A stretch of DNA of 64,000 nt from Octopus bimaculoides (taxonomy: Eukaryota): NCBI RefSeq assembly GCF_001194135.2, contig NC_068991.1, positions 8,412,526 through 8,476,525 of the forward strand. Reading direction: 5' to 3'. Each line of letters starts with the position of its first letter. Within the stretch, counting starts at the first letter, position 1. Position numbers and translations under genes: made by a program. The notes under the pieces were generated by a model. The model saw only the letters and a program-made list of their open reading frames with translations, did not search any database and was not told the origin of the DNA. Of this stretch, positions 1-11,600 are shown piece after piece.

Positions 1-72
1 TTCAAGAGTGAATGACAAATCACAATGGAAAATAAAATCACTGCACATTCAATTCCTTCTATGTAAGGATAA

Positions 73-73
<1 letters not shown>

Positions 74-148
<75 letters not shown>
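74..148. repeat. (TA)n microsatellite
   Basis: Direct reading. Confidence 0.98.
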
Positions 149-150
<2 letters not shown>

Positions 151-3067
151 TCTTTTACTCTTTTACTGGTTTCATTTTGGGATCACCACTACTTTATTAT
201 CTCCCCTTCTTCCTAGCTCTCCTGTGTGACCCCTCTGCTGGGCAGTTGCCATATATCTCGTTTCATAACTGTTATCTCTGAAGAGCACAGGGTTACATAA
301 TTGGACTGTTATCTAAGACTCCATTGAACCCCTGGTGCGAGACCAATTGGTAAGATTGGCCATAATGGATATATAACACTTTACATTTGAATTAATACAC
401 ACACACACACACTTGGATGGTAATGGATCAAGGTAGAGAGTAAGATTCCTTGATCTCCTGTTAGATTATGTGTGTTTGTATATATGTATATATATACATG
501 TATATATATACATACATACAGAAAGATAGATATTACAAACACACAGTTACATACATACATACCTACATGCATGCATATGTCACATATTTGAATGTAAGCT
601 TGCATGAAATATTATATAATCCATTAGTTAACCAATTTAATTAATTCCTTTTTGTTTATATAAATATATAATTAACTAGTTGAGTGAATGAAATCAGCCT
701 GTGTTTCATGACTCACCTACTACATACACTCTTTCGTAAAAGCTTTCAAAAATATGATTGTGATAACTTGCAGAGCCATTGATGGATGATTGGCTTCAGC
801 CTAAAAGAACTTGAGACTCTATAATTTCTGTTCAGATATCAATAATATTTACTAAGATACCAACAGAGAATGTTTTCTGTTAAGATGCCTAACTGTATTC
901 AAGTGTGAGTATCTCTCTGCAGTTGAACATGCCTACTGTGGTAAAATGGTTGCTGTAGTAATTAGGGATACATGTATGAAGTAAGGCAAACATTCTTTGG
1001 TATTTGCAAATATTCAGACAAAGAGAGAAGAAAAAGAGTTAGCCATTTTGATATTTTCAAAATATCCTAAAAAGGATATAGCAAAGCTTACAGCATATAA
1101 AGGTTTTGATTTGCACTAAATTATTGAAGTATTGAAACTAGAAAAACTTCTGAGAAAATCTTCTAAAGATTATACCTCTTGGAAGTGTACATATTCTTAG
1201 CATAAAACAATATTTGTTGGTAAATACAAAGACAGGGAGAAAAAGAAACAGTATATGGTTACAAATAATGCAAAATACATACATGAATAGAATACATCAG
1301 TTCACTTTGGATCAGTTAATAAATTCATAATAAAAATTATTATATCGCATCAGTAACAATAACAATCCCATTACTGCCACCCCTCATTAACATTACAACT
1401 AATTATTTGACTGAACTCAATTCACATATTTTCATCATTATTTAATATAAATAAATCATTTGAGGTTTAGTTTGTGAAATGTAATTTATATCTTTTATAC
1501 AATTTATATTTTCTGGAATGTACAAGTTGAAGCAAATTTGTGCATCATCATTGTTATAAATAATATAAATGTTGTATCCATATCTTAAAAATACGCACAT
1601 ATTTTTCATGATTTTTTTTTATAATGCAGATGTTGTTATCCTTTAAGAGAAAACTAACATCTTTATTAATACGTTTATAATCCTCACTTAAGTATGTGAA
1701 TGTATAAAATAAGTATTATTGGGATATGTATGTAATGAATTTAGAGGGAAATATGATTTTTTTTTCTCTCTCTACCTCCTAACATGAAATCAATGAAACA
1801 TTTAATATTTTAAAACTGTGCCTAATTAAGTCACATATCTAAATAAATAAACAAGCCTAAAATTTAATTGTTGTCATTTTTTTAATTATAGTAGCAATTA
1901 TAAGGTAATTTTAATTACATTTGCAATCGTAAAATAATTTTAAAAGAAAGTTTCGTCAGTTTTCAGCTAAAGAAACATTTAAAATTTTAATTAATACAGG
2001 TACAACATTGACTTTTCCAAAACGTTTGGTTACAAAATCATTCCATACTACTGATTTTTCCAAACCAGGTGTGGTCACACTAAATTAAACAAATATTAAA
2101 ATTTTCTTAAATAATTAAGTGAAATACAAGAAATGAATTTATTAGTGCTGTACTGTGCAAGATACTGTGAAATGCGGCCACCTGGTAAATTAGTCCAGTG
2201 GCCATGAGAATTTGAAGTTTCTGTTTGTAACTTATTGCAGATTATGAGAAGTTCTGAACCATTGGGGATTGGAATGTTAGTGTTGTACCTGTAATGAACA
2301 TTTGTTCATATATAATAATATGAATTCTAAAGTTTTAATCAAATTCAGTTTAATTCAATTCTATTCAAAAATCACTTTACTATTCTAAAAATACTAAAAA
2401 AATATAGTTTAAATTTTTACAACAGATATTATGTTGCATTTTTTTGCCAAATATGCTTTTTTGCTTGTCAAATTTCTTAAGAAATATGTATTGCTCCTGC
2501 TTTTTTGATTCAATTATGGAAAAATATTAAATGCAACTGTCCTGACAAGTCAAGCAAATGTCTAAATTTTCAGAAGCATTAAATTTAAGAACCAACTAAT
2601 TCTTTAGAACTATTCAACATTAAGGACTACAGATGAAAAAAAATATGGTAGTGTGATTTTCCAGAATATACAGTTTACAGCAGGTGTACTACTTTTACAG
2701 CTTAGACTGGTGAAGTTCAAAGGTCACTTTCAAATTTGTTTAAGTTTACTTTTGGGATATGTGAATATTTTATACAGCAATTATAATAAATTTGACTAAA
2801 CACTCCTTTTCTTTTTCCATACATAATGTTGTAGAAAAGTTAGTGCATATTAAATACAAGAATGCTCTTTCAATTTTTTTATTAGTCTATTTTTCAAATA
2901 TCTGTTACTGTATGAGTTTGTTTTTTGTTATTTTTTGTTTATTTAAAAAAAAATTTTTTTTTGTCCTGTGACAAAAGTGTTTGCTCAATGTATATAAGTA
3001 TAATTATTAATTGCTACATCATTTTAGATGATTAACCTTTTCTGCACACAATAATTTCTTGTACATA

Positions 3068-3248
3068 GGCCAGTGAGCTGGCAGAAACGTTTGCATGCCA
3101 GGCAAAATGCTTAGCGGTATTTCATTTGTCTTTACGTTCTGAGTTCAAATTCTGCCAAGGTCAACTTTGCCTTTCATCCTTTCAGGGTCGATAAATTAAG
3201 TGCCAGTTGCGTACTGGTGTCGATCTAAATTTTGGGCCTTGTACCTAG
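3068..3248 (+). mobile_element. tRNA-derived SINE family A
   Basis: gtgagctggcagaa…ttctgagttcaaatt…ctttgcctttcatcctttc…ggccttgtg consensus shared by more than 10 copies in the window. Confidence 0.85.
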
Positions 3249-6200
3249 AGTAAAAAAGAATAATTTCTTGTACATACATTAATCTCTTTCTGTACTAGTT
3301 TTTAAATGTGTGCATGCATAACTTTGCATGCAGAGGGAACAGTGCATGTCTCCTTGGATTTCATTGCCCATACTTACAGAAGTGCATTATACACAAGTTG
3401 CATATTATATGAAAAAAAAAAATGGAAACTATCAGCATTTTCAGCCTCCACCTCCTCTATAAATATCACAAGTTATTGAACAAATATAAATACATAACAT
3501 AGAATTAGTTTAACATTTTCAGCAGCAATGAATCTGTATAATTTGGTAGTTTTTATCACTTGAACCATTTCTGATATTAAAGTGGTCTGATGATCTGAAC
3601 TGCTTACAGTTGTTATTTGTTGACCCACTGAAAGCAAATATCTATAACCTTGTTTCTGAAATATCAATTCCAAGTAACTGTTTGTTTAATTTTCAAGTCC
3701 AACTGCATCTTTTCCCAATAAATACAAAATCACCTAACTATTGAGGTGTAGATAATTCCAACATCAACATCTTGACGCCACCGGTTGTTTTAAACTCTTC
3801 AAAATCTGAAACCTAAATTCTATATTTCCATGATTCCGGTGTTGAAATAATAACAAGATTAAGTACTTGGATATACTAGGCCTTGAGATTTCAAACTTTT
3901 AAGAACCAGTAGCAGTATTTTAGTGTTTACAAACCTCATCTTCATACAGGTAGTTCTAACATAATTTGACACATTTTATAACCCATCCAATCATTTAGTT
4001 TTGAATTCAACAAATTTTATAAAGCATCCAATTGTTTAGCTCTGAACTTCTATATCTTTATTGCTTTGATGCATTGTACAATTCTGGCATAGGGTTTGAT
4101 AGATCTATGTAATGTTCAATCCTTCCTGTTTCACCTGATCAGTAAGATACAATACTCTTAGGTCAGTCTTAACTACCATATTTGTCGATGTATAAGATAA
4201 CATTTTTTTATAGTTTTAAATGTATCCCCAAATTGCCCTGCATCTAACATGGCTGTATTGTAGATGGGAGACTGAGTGTTGTAGGCTATGATGCCAGATG
4301 AGCTTGATCTGCTTGGTACAATAACCATTTGAGTCAAGCAAACCGTCTCCAGCACTCTCTGTACAACCTGAGAGGGCCTGTACTCCTCTGCTGTCGTTAA
4401 GTAGATTACTGGAACTGTGGCCATCCATGACTAGACTTTGGATGAATACTGGGGTGGTTTCCCATTGTCTTCTCCAAGGGTGTGAGGGTTTGAATTCAGA
4501 GACTAGAGAGCCAGAAGAAATACTGTAGAGCATTTCTGCTGATGTGCCAATAATTCTGCCACTCTCCCACCCACAGGGAACAACTTGAAATGAAGTGTTT
4601 TGCTCAAGAACACAACACACCACCTTGTCTAGGAAATGAACTCACAATCTGCCAGTCATGAGTGCAACACCCTATCCATTAGGCCATGTACTTTCACAAT
4701 AATTGTTAGAAATAATAAAATATTGAAAACAATTCAAATTATCACAGTCTATAAAATTGCTTACAATATGTTGGCAGTTATGTGGTGAGCTCACATCATC
4801 TCATATCTCTTTCCTTGGCATATATAACCCGCATCTGATAGGCATCTTACATTATTTAATGACTGTGCTATCTTTAAGAAACATTTGATTTGTTTATTAT
4901 CCGAATGAAAAGACAAAAAGGATGATAACAGAAACACAGCTTTGGTGCACCCCCAGGTGAACGATCACCATAACACGAAACATCAAAGCCAGAAATGGGA
5001 GTTTCACATCCTGTCTAGCAATTCTCTTCACTAAAACATAAACAACTATTCAGTTGATCTGAAAGAAGATAAAGCTAAGATATTGTACTTTCATAACATA
5101 GTTTATGATAAATATATTGTGATATATACTTTATGCCAGTATCTGTCACAGCATTGTATATACATGCAATGAATCATACTTTTTTTCCCTTACAAAACCA
5201 CTTTAAAAATGACCTTTATATCCTACTTAATTTTAAGAATACCATAAAATGGGTTTTTGTCCCCGAGAAAGCATTTCATATAGACATAAAATGTTAAAAA
5301 GCACAAAATATCAGCACTATGTGTTTATACAAGCTTCCTCAGGACAAATACTGCAGTTTTCTCATCATAATATTAACATCTATTTCCATGCTGGCATGGG
5401 TTCAATGGTTTCACAGGAGCTGGTAAGGGCCAAGGACCACACCAGGCTCCATTGTCTGCTTTGGCATGGTTTCTATATCTGGATGCCCTTCCTAACACCA
5501 GTGACTTTACAAAGTGTACTGGGTCCTTTTTACATGGCACCAGTGCATTTTATTTTTATTTTTTTTTTGGGTTTTCTTAAAGTACATCCATGTTAAGTAT
5601 GATATATAGATTGCTATTTGGTATTAATACTGCTTCTATTACTCCTAACTAATGTTTCAATAAGTGTATGATCAAACATACCAAATTTGTTTTTCCACAA
5701 AGTATTCTTGTAAAATAAGGTGTGTGTCTTACATGCTGGCAAATACAGTAGTTGTTTGCAGGTCTTCCAAAGTCTGTCTTTGAAATAAATATTTCACTTT
5801 TACCAATTACTCATTCAACCATAAATCACATGTTCTTGGGTAAATGTCCGAATCAAGCCATCTCTATGAATATGTCCTTGATATTCAATCTTTATTGTTA
5901 AAATTGCATATCCAACAGATAACACGCAATACGATCCACTGCAATTGCTGTAGAACCTCAAAATATTGCTTGAAAGTTATTGGTATTCCATTGAATCTTT
6001 TACAAAAGAAATCCATAAAAAAAATTCTGTAATCCTTGAATTAGACATATTTTATTTCAATTTTCTTCTAACAAATATCACAGATATGTAATATTTTGAA
6101 TTAACTGTAACTGTTTAATGTTTTCATGTCGCAGTCATTCATAAAGCCCAGGATTAAATATTTAGCCAGTAGTTCCTAAGTCTCATCCCTCAGTAAAATG

Positions 6201-6474
6201 GAGGGGCAAGGTTTGGTAGGGGGTTTAAGTTTAATATATCTGTAGACCTGAACAGGATTCTTTTTGTTTTTTTACACAGTTAAATACTAACACTATATTT
6301 TCTGGTTGATGAACACAAGACCATCATGTAACCTCGCATGAAAAGCACTGACCCCAAATCTGTATAACAAAGTGTTAGCTATAAATTATACATATATAAA
6401 AACACTTTTAAGATCTCTTCAATACCAAGCCAACCCAATCCCTATGTAAAAGAGAAGTGTAACGTATATATAAG

Positions 6475-6542
6475 AACTTTTAAATGGAAATTCATAAACC
6501 CTTTAATGCATTAAAGGATTTATGAATTTCCATCTAAAAGTT
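6475..6542. repeat. 68-bp spacerless palindrome (2 mismatched pairs)
   Basis: aacttttaaatggaaattcataaaccctttaatg|cattaaaggatttatgaatttccatctaaaagtt. Confidence 0.9.
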
Positions 6543-7729
6543 ATTATTATTATTATTATTATATTAATCTTATGCTATAGTGGGACCTTCTCATAAAGTT
6601 ACTCTGGAAGATGGAAACAATAAGCAATGGCCAGAATAAATAGCATGGAAGCTTTTTATGAACACACTCAAAAAACATTTTACACAAAGGATATATATAT
6701 ATATATATTAATAATCTAGAGAAGAACCACCATTGTGCAACTCACACGATGAAGGAGATCAGACACCATCAAGAAAAGCGTACTATACAAAATACTAGTT
6801 TTAAAATCTGAAAAACCCAGGGGAAAATTTGTAATACATAAAATCTAAAAAATATTGGACTAAAATATTTTTCATTATACAACTCAATTTGATATTAGTA
6901 AATTGTATTTCCTTGTAAGTTCGGATTTCATAATTCCCTAACATTATAATATATATATATATATATATCCACACCCACCCACATATGTGCAGATATTATT
7001 CTAAATAGTTAAATTTTGTTTCTTAAAAATTGAAAAGACCTCTGGGGTTTGTTTGTTTGTTTTTTTTTAACTTTTTTCTGCAAATTCTATATTTAGAGCT
7101 ATCACTTTTGAGGACATTCATCACATTGTAATACCAAGGAGAATGTGTAAAATAAAAATATAAACAATACTCTTTATTTGCCGTTATAAAAATTTTATGT
7201 TGTTCTTATTGTTATTCAAGTTTTCAACTCTCACTTCTTTCTTCCTCTGTCATTTAATATGACTACAATCATTGTCAAAATGTACTTCTAAGTAAGATTG
7301 TTGAAATAAAACATGGAATTATTTATATATTGTTTGTTCACTAGTTATTATTAAATGTTTTTCTTCCTTTGTTTTTTGTGGAAAATCAGTCATCACCATC
7401 TACTGGTGTTTCTCCTATACTGGCATAGGTTGAGTCGATATGAACTGGTGTGCCAGGGATCTACACCGAGTCCTAATGCCTGCTTTAGCATGGTTCCTAC
7501 AGCTGGATGCCCTTCCTAATGCCATCCACTTCACAGTGTGTACTGGGTGTTTGTGGCCCTAGCACTTGAGGGTTCACCAAGTAACTCACAAGACAAGACT
7601 CACACAACTGAGTGGGGTATAGTATTGAGGGACATGAAAATTTGACAGAGGGGTCAGTTTTGAGAGTCCTAAAAGCAGCAAGATGGGAGAGAGAAGCTCA
7701 AGTTGCCCTTGATATATCTACATATGGAA

Positions 7730-8130
7730 AAGAAAAGCAAAAAATAGACAACCTACTTCTACCAACATTTCCCTATGCTAGAAAGACACAGAAGAGTACT
7801 GTAAAACTCCAAGGATTCTGAGAGCATACTGGCAAGACCGCAAAACCAATCAAGACATTCTAATGAGAGCCAATACAAGACCAATTAGCGAAATCATCAC
7901 AGAATGAAGATTAAATCTATCAGGTCACATACTCCAGTTAGCAGAACAACTTCCAAATGGATATTACCAGAGGTAAAAAGAAAGAGAGGAGAACTGAAAA
8001 TTACACAGCACAGACCATAACTGACATGAGAAGCCAATATCACATGGCCGGATCCAGAGGAAAACCACAGCCAACAGAAACCAACAGCATCAAGTAACTG
8101 CTCAATGAACTTGAGACAAAAGTAGTCAAA
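7730..8130 (+). mobile_element. Old RTE-like LINE RT C-terminal fragment
   Basis: LRAYWQDRKTNQDILMRANTRPISEII.*RLNLSGHILQL resembles the ILGI.W.D..TNEEVL.RA…RL.W.GH..R consensus. Confidence 0.6.
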
Positions 8131-8594
8131 GCTGGAATGCTTTTGATCATAAATCTACTTACTCAGGGTCAGGTTAAATGATAACTGAAGAAAAACCTGA
8201 AAAGACTAGGTCTTTCACTATTGTTTGGTTAAGACTAGCCAAGAATTCAGTCATAAAAAAATTTCTACAATTCTATATTTCTGAGATGAGGGATATATAT
8301 TATGTATACTGTTTACATTAGTTGGATTGGCATCCTCATCTTGATTGTTGCTTCCACTACATTTCAGTTGTGTACACTCCAGCCTTCTTTAGGTGTCTTG
8401 TGGATAAAGGTATTGCTATCAAAAGGGTTGAATTCTAATTCTCAGTATAAACCAATATTTCTTCAGTATAGCAAAATTTCAACCAAATTAAAAAATAAAA
8501 ACAATTGCATGAAATCAAAGCTTTGAAATTATAACACATACGATAAAGACATCAGATCTGAATAATTTATTCATTTATTTCTTCTCCCAACAAA

Positions 8595-8659
8595 TCATTG
8601 AGGGGCCACAGGAGGCACCAGCTGTCCTTTCGAAGCCATTGTCATGATGGCAGCAACAT
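8595..8659 (-). CDS. EIF3K: eIF3k exon 8 ([21 protein letters not shown])
   Basis: Polypyrimidine acceptor ttgtag, TGA stop, AATAAA motifs about 15-30 nt downstream. Confidence 0.88.
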
Positions 8660-11600
8660 CTACAAGAAAAAAAAAACAAGAAAACAAATCAACAAAATAA
8701 AGAATTAGTATTATATTTTTATATTTATTTTCCAGAAATTTAGGATTAAATAACAAAAAAAGTTTTTTAATTCAAAAATATTTTTTTTTTTNNNNNNNNN
8801 NNNNNNNNNNNNNNNNNNNNNNNNNNNNNNNNNNNNNNNNNNNNNNNNNNNNNNNNNNNNNNNNNNNNNNNNNNNNNNNNNNNNNNNNNNNNNNNNNNNN
8901 NNNNNNNNNNNNNNNNNNNNNNNNNNNNNNNNNNNNNNNNNNNNNNNNNNNNNNNNNNNNNNNNNNNNNNNNNNNNNNNNNNNNNNNNNNNNNNNNNNNN
9001 NNNNNNNNNTGTGTCTTGTGGCTACCCGCTCGTTAAAAAAAACGGGGAATGGGCCTGGGTATATCTATATGTAACTACTGAACAGAGAAGATGAGTAAGT
9101 TGAAATCAGTTTGTCATCATCATCATCATCATCGTTTAACGTCCGCTTTCCATGCTAGCATGGGTTGGACGATTTGACTGAGGACTGGTGGACCAGGCTT
9201 CAATCTGATTTGGCAGAGTTTCTACAGCTGGATGCCCTTCTCCACAACATTTATAATAGTGTGGAAGCTCACCAACACAATATTGTACAGTATGTTCTAT
9301 TTCAACAACTTATTGCAGAGAGCACAAACATTTTCCTTGTACTGTGACAACTCATGCAATGAGATATGAAACCGCACAAGATAAAACGCAATTTCATATT
9401 ACTACAGGATATAAGGCAGTGAGCAAGTAGAACTGTTGGCATGCTAGACAAAATGAGTAGCGGTATTTCATTTGTTTTTATGTTCTAAGTTCAAATTACA
9501 CTGGGGTCGAATTTGCTTTCCATCTGTTCAGGGTTGATGAAACAGGTACCAGTTAAGCACTGGGGGTTAATATAATCAACTTACCCGCTCCCCAAAAATC
9601 GTTGGTCATGTGCCAAAATTTGAAACTGATTTTACTGGAGGCCATTCTACAATTATAATAATAATAGTAGTTTCAAATTTTGCCACAAGGGCAGCAATTT
9701 TGAGGGAGAGGACGAGCCATTTACATTGGCCCCAGTGTTTAACCGGTACTTATTTTATTGACCCTGAAAAGATGAAGGGCAAAGTCGACCTCGGCAGAAT
9801 TTGAACTCAGAATGTAGCGGCAGACGAAATACTGCTAAGCATTTCACTTGGCATGCTAACGATTTCACCTGTTCGTTGCTGCAGCAATAATAATAATAAT
9901 AATAATAATACTAAAAGTAATGGTATCAACATATTCTATTTATAGAGCATGGCTGTGAGGTAAGAAGTTTGCTTCCTAACCAAGCAGGATACAATTCAGT
10001 TTCAGTTCCACATAACTCAACATTTATACCAAACTTTGAGCTCAAATATAAGTTTTGCAGGACTTAAACTAATCAGGACTTAAACTAATCAGATCACTCA
10101 TTCGTAAAATTACATGTGTGAATTTCACTTCCACTTACTTTCAAGTGTTATTGTCTCTTTAATGTTCTTGGTTTTGATGTTTTCCTCTTGAACAGCAATA
10201 AAAATGGTATCACTGTCGATCAACTTCCAACCATATTTAGCTATCCATTGATTTAACTGCATTTCTGAAAGGAGAAATATAAAAAAAAAGTTTCACTAAT
10301 TTTCTTTCATCAATGATGTGATGATAAATAAACAACAACACAGCATCTACTATAAATACTTGTATCACAAATATAAATATACTGAAACTTTAAAATATGT
10401 CTGTTGTTTGTGTGTGTGTGTGTCTGTACGTACAGGGTGCGTAAGGTATTTGAGGACAAGCATTTTTTGGGTCATTGCTGCATTATTTGATAACCGTGTA
10501 TAACCCCTGCCCAAAGGTGTCACTCAGTGGAACTGAACCTGGAACTATGTGGTTGGGAAGCAAGCTTTTTACACTGCTGCCACTGCTGAATTTTAATATA
10601 TTTCCATTCTAGTGCTGGTGTCATGATAAAATGCACCCAGTAAACTCTCAAAAGTGAAATTTACAAATCAGACATAGGCCTTCGATCTATCTGGGAGGGT
10701 AAAAGCTCCAAGAACTGACCAAGATCATAATAACTCATCCGTTCCAGGCCACCATGGAAGGCAAGCATAATAAGTAGCCTTGTAAGATGGATGGATGGGT
10801 GTGTGTGTGTGTGTGTTATGCAATGTCTAAGAGTTACATGAAAAGAGCTTCTGAAATATTTCAAAGGAACAACATTTTGAGGTTATTCTTTAAAAAAAAA
10901 AAAGTAAAAATAAACATAAAACCACTGAAAATACCTGGAATGCAGCCAAGTAACTCTGCAAATACTTTCCGGCTGATTGTATCGTAGCAGATTCCAATTA
11001 CGTGGCAGATGTCTGTGAAAAGATAACAGAAATTCAGAAAGTTCATCCTCATCGTCATTTAACATCTGTTTTCCATGCTGGCATGGGTAGACTGAAGCTA
11101 TGAGATAATGCATGATTAAATTAAAATGATGTGAATCAGTAAGTATTACATTTGACAGAGAAACCTGAATGCTAAAGGGTTAATGATAGAATCTTCCATT
11201 GACGATGATGTACAAGCGTTCAGTTTTTGCTGAATGACCTGCTCAAATGATTTGTTTATAGTGATCAAATGTATGTGTTGCACATAAGCACACTCCCTCC
11301 ATGAAATCGAAAGTGCCTCTACTGGTGCACAAGTGTGCCACGCATCAGATGTTGAAATGATTACAGAACAACGTGAAATGAAGTGTTTTGCTCAAGAACA
11401 CAATGCACCACCTGGCTTTAACTGCTAAAACTGCTTTTAATAGGTAGATTAATAATATTAAAAAAACAAAAACAATCATAAACATAATCCACAAAAATAT
11501 GACTGTTGCAAACTCTTACATCCTTTTAAAGGGTGTGTAGTTAAATTTAGAGAAAGAAAGAAAAAAAAAAAAACTTACATTTTCTGATTGAGTCTTCAAA

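Noticed and set aside
717-800. Minus-strand exon-like segment with a strong GTGAGT donor
   Set aside because: All frames from the best acceptor contain a stop and no partner exon was found; it could be non-coding but is unsupported.
2148-2275. Two possible plus-strand mini-exons (LYCARYCEMRPP-DYEKF* or an alternative frame)
   Set aside because: The intron would be only 56 nt, two frames are equally open, and no homolog is recognised.
4174-4206. pogo-like TIR (taccatatttgtcgatgtataag); a similar remnant with a 14-bp inverted repeat at 38004-38061
   Set aside because: No partner TIR was found for the 4174 site; both are too decayed to delimit an element.
3470-4424. Coding-looking minus-strand stretches (e.g. 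GETGRIEHYIDLSNPMPELYNASKQ*)
   Set aside because: No continuous frame or recognisable motif; the 4216-4623 ORF overlaps a SINE.
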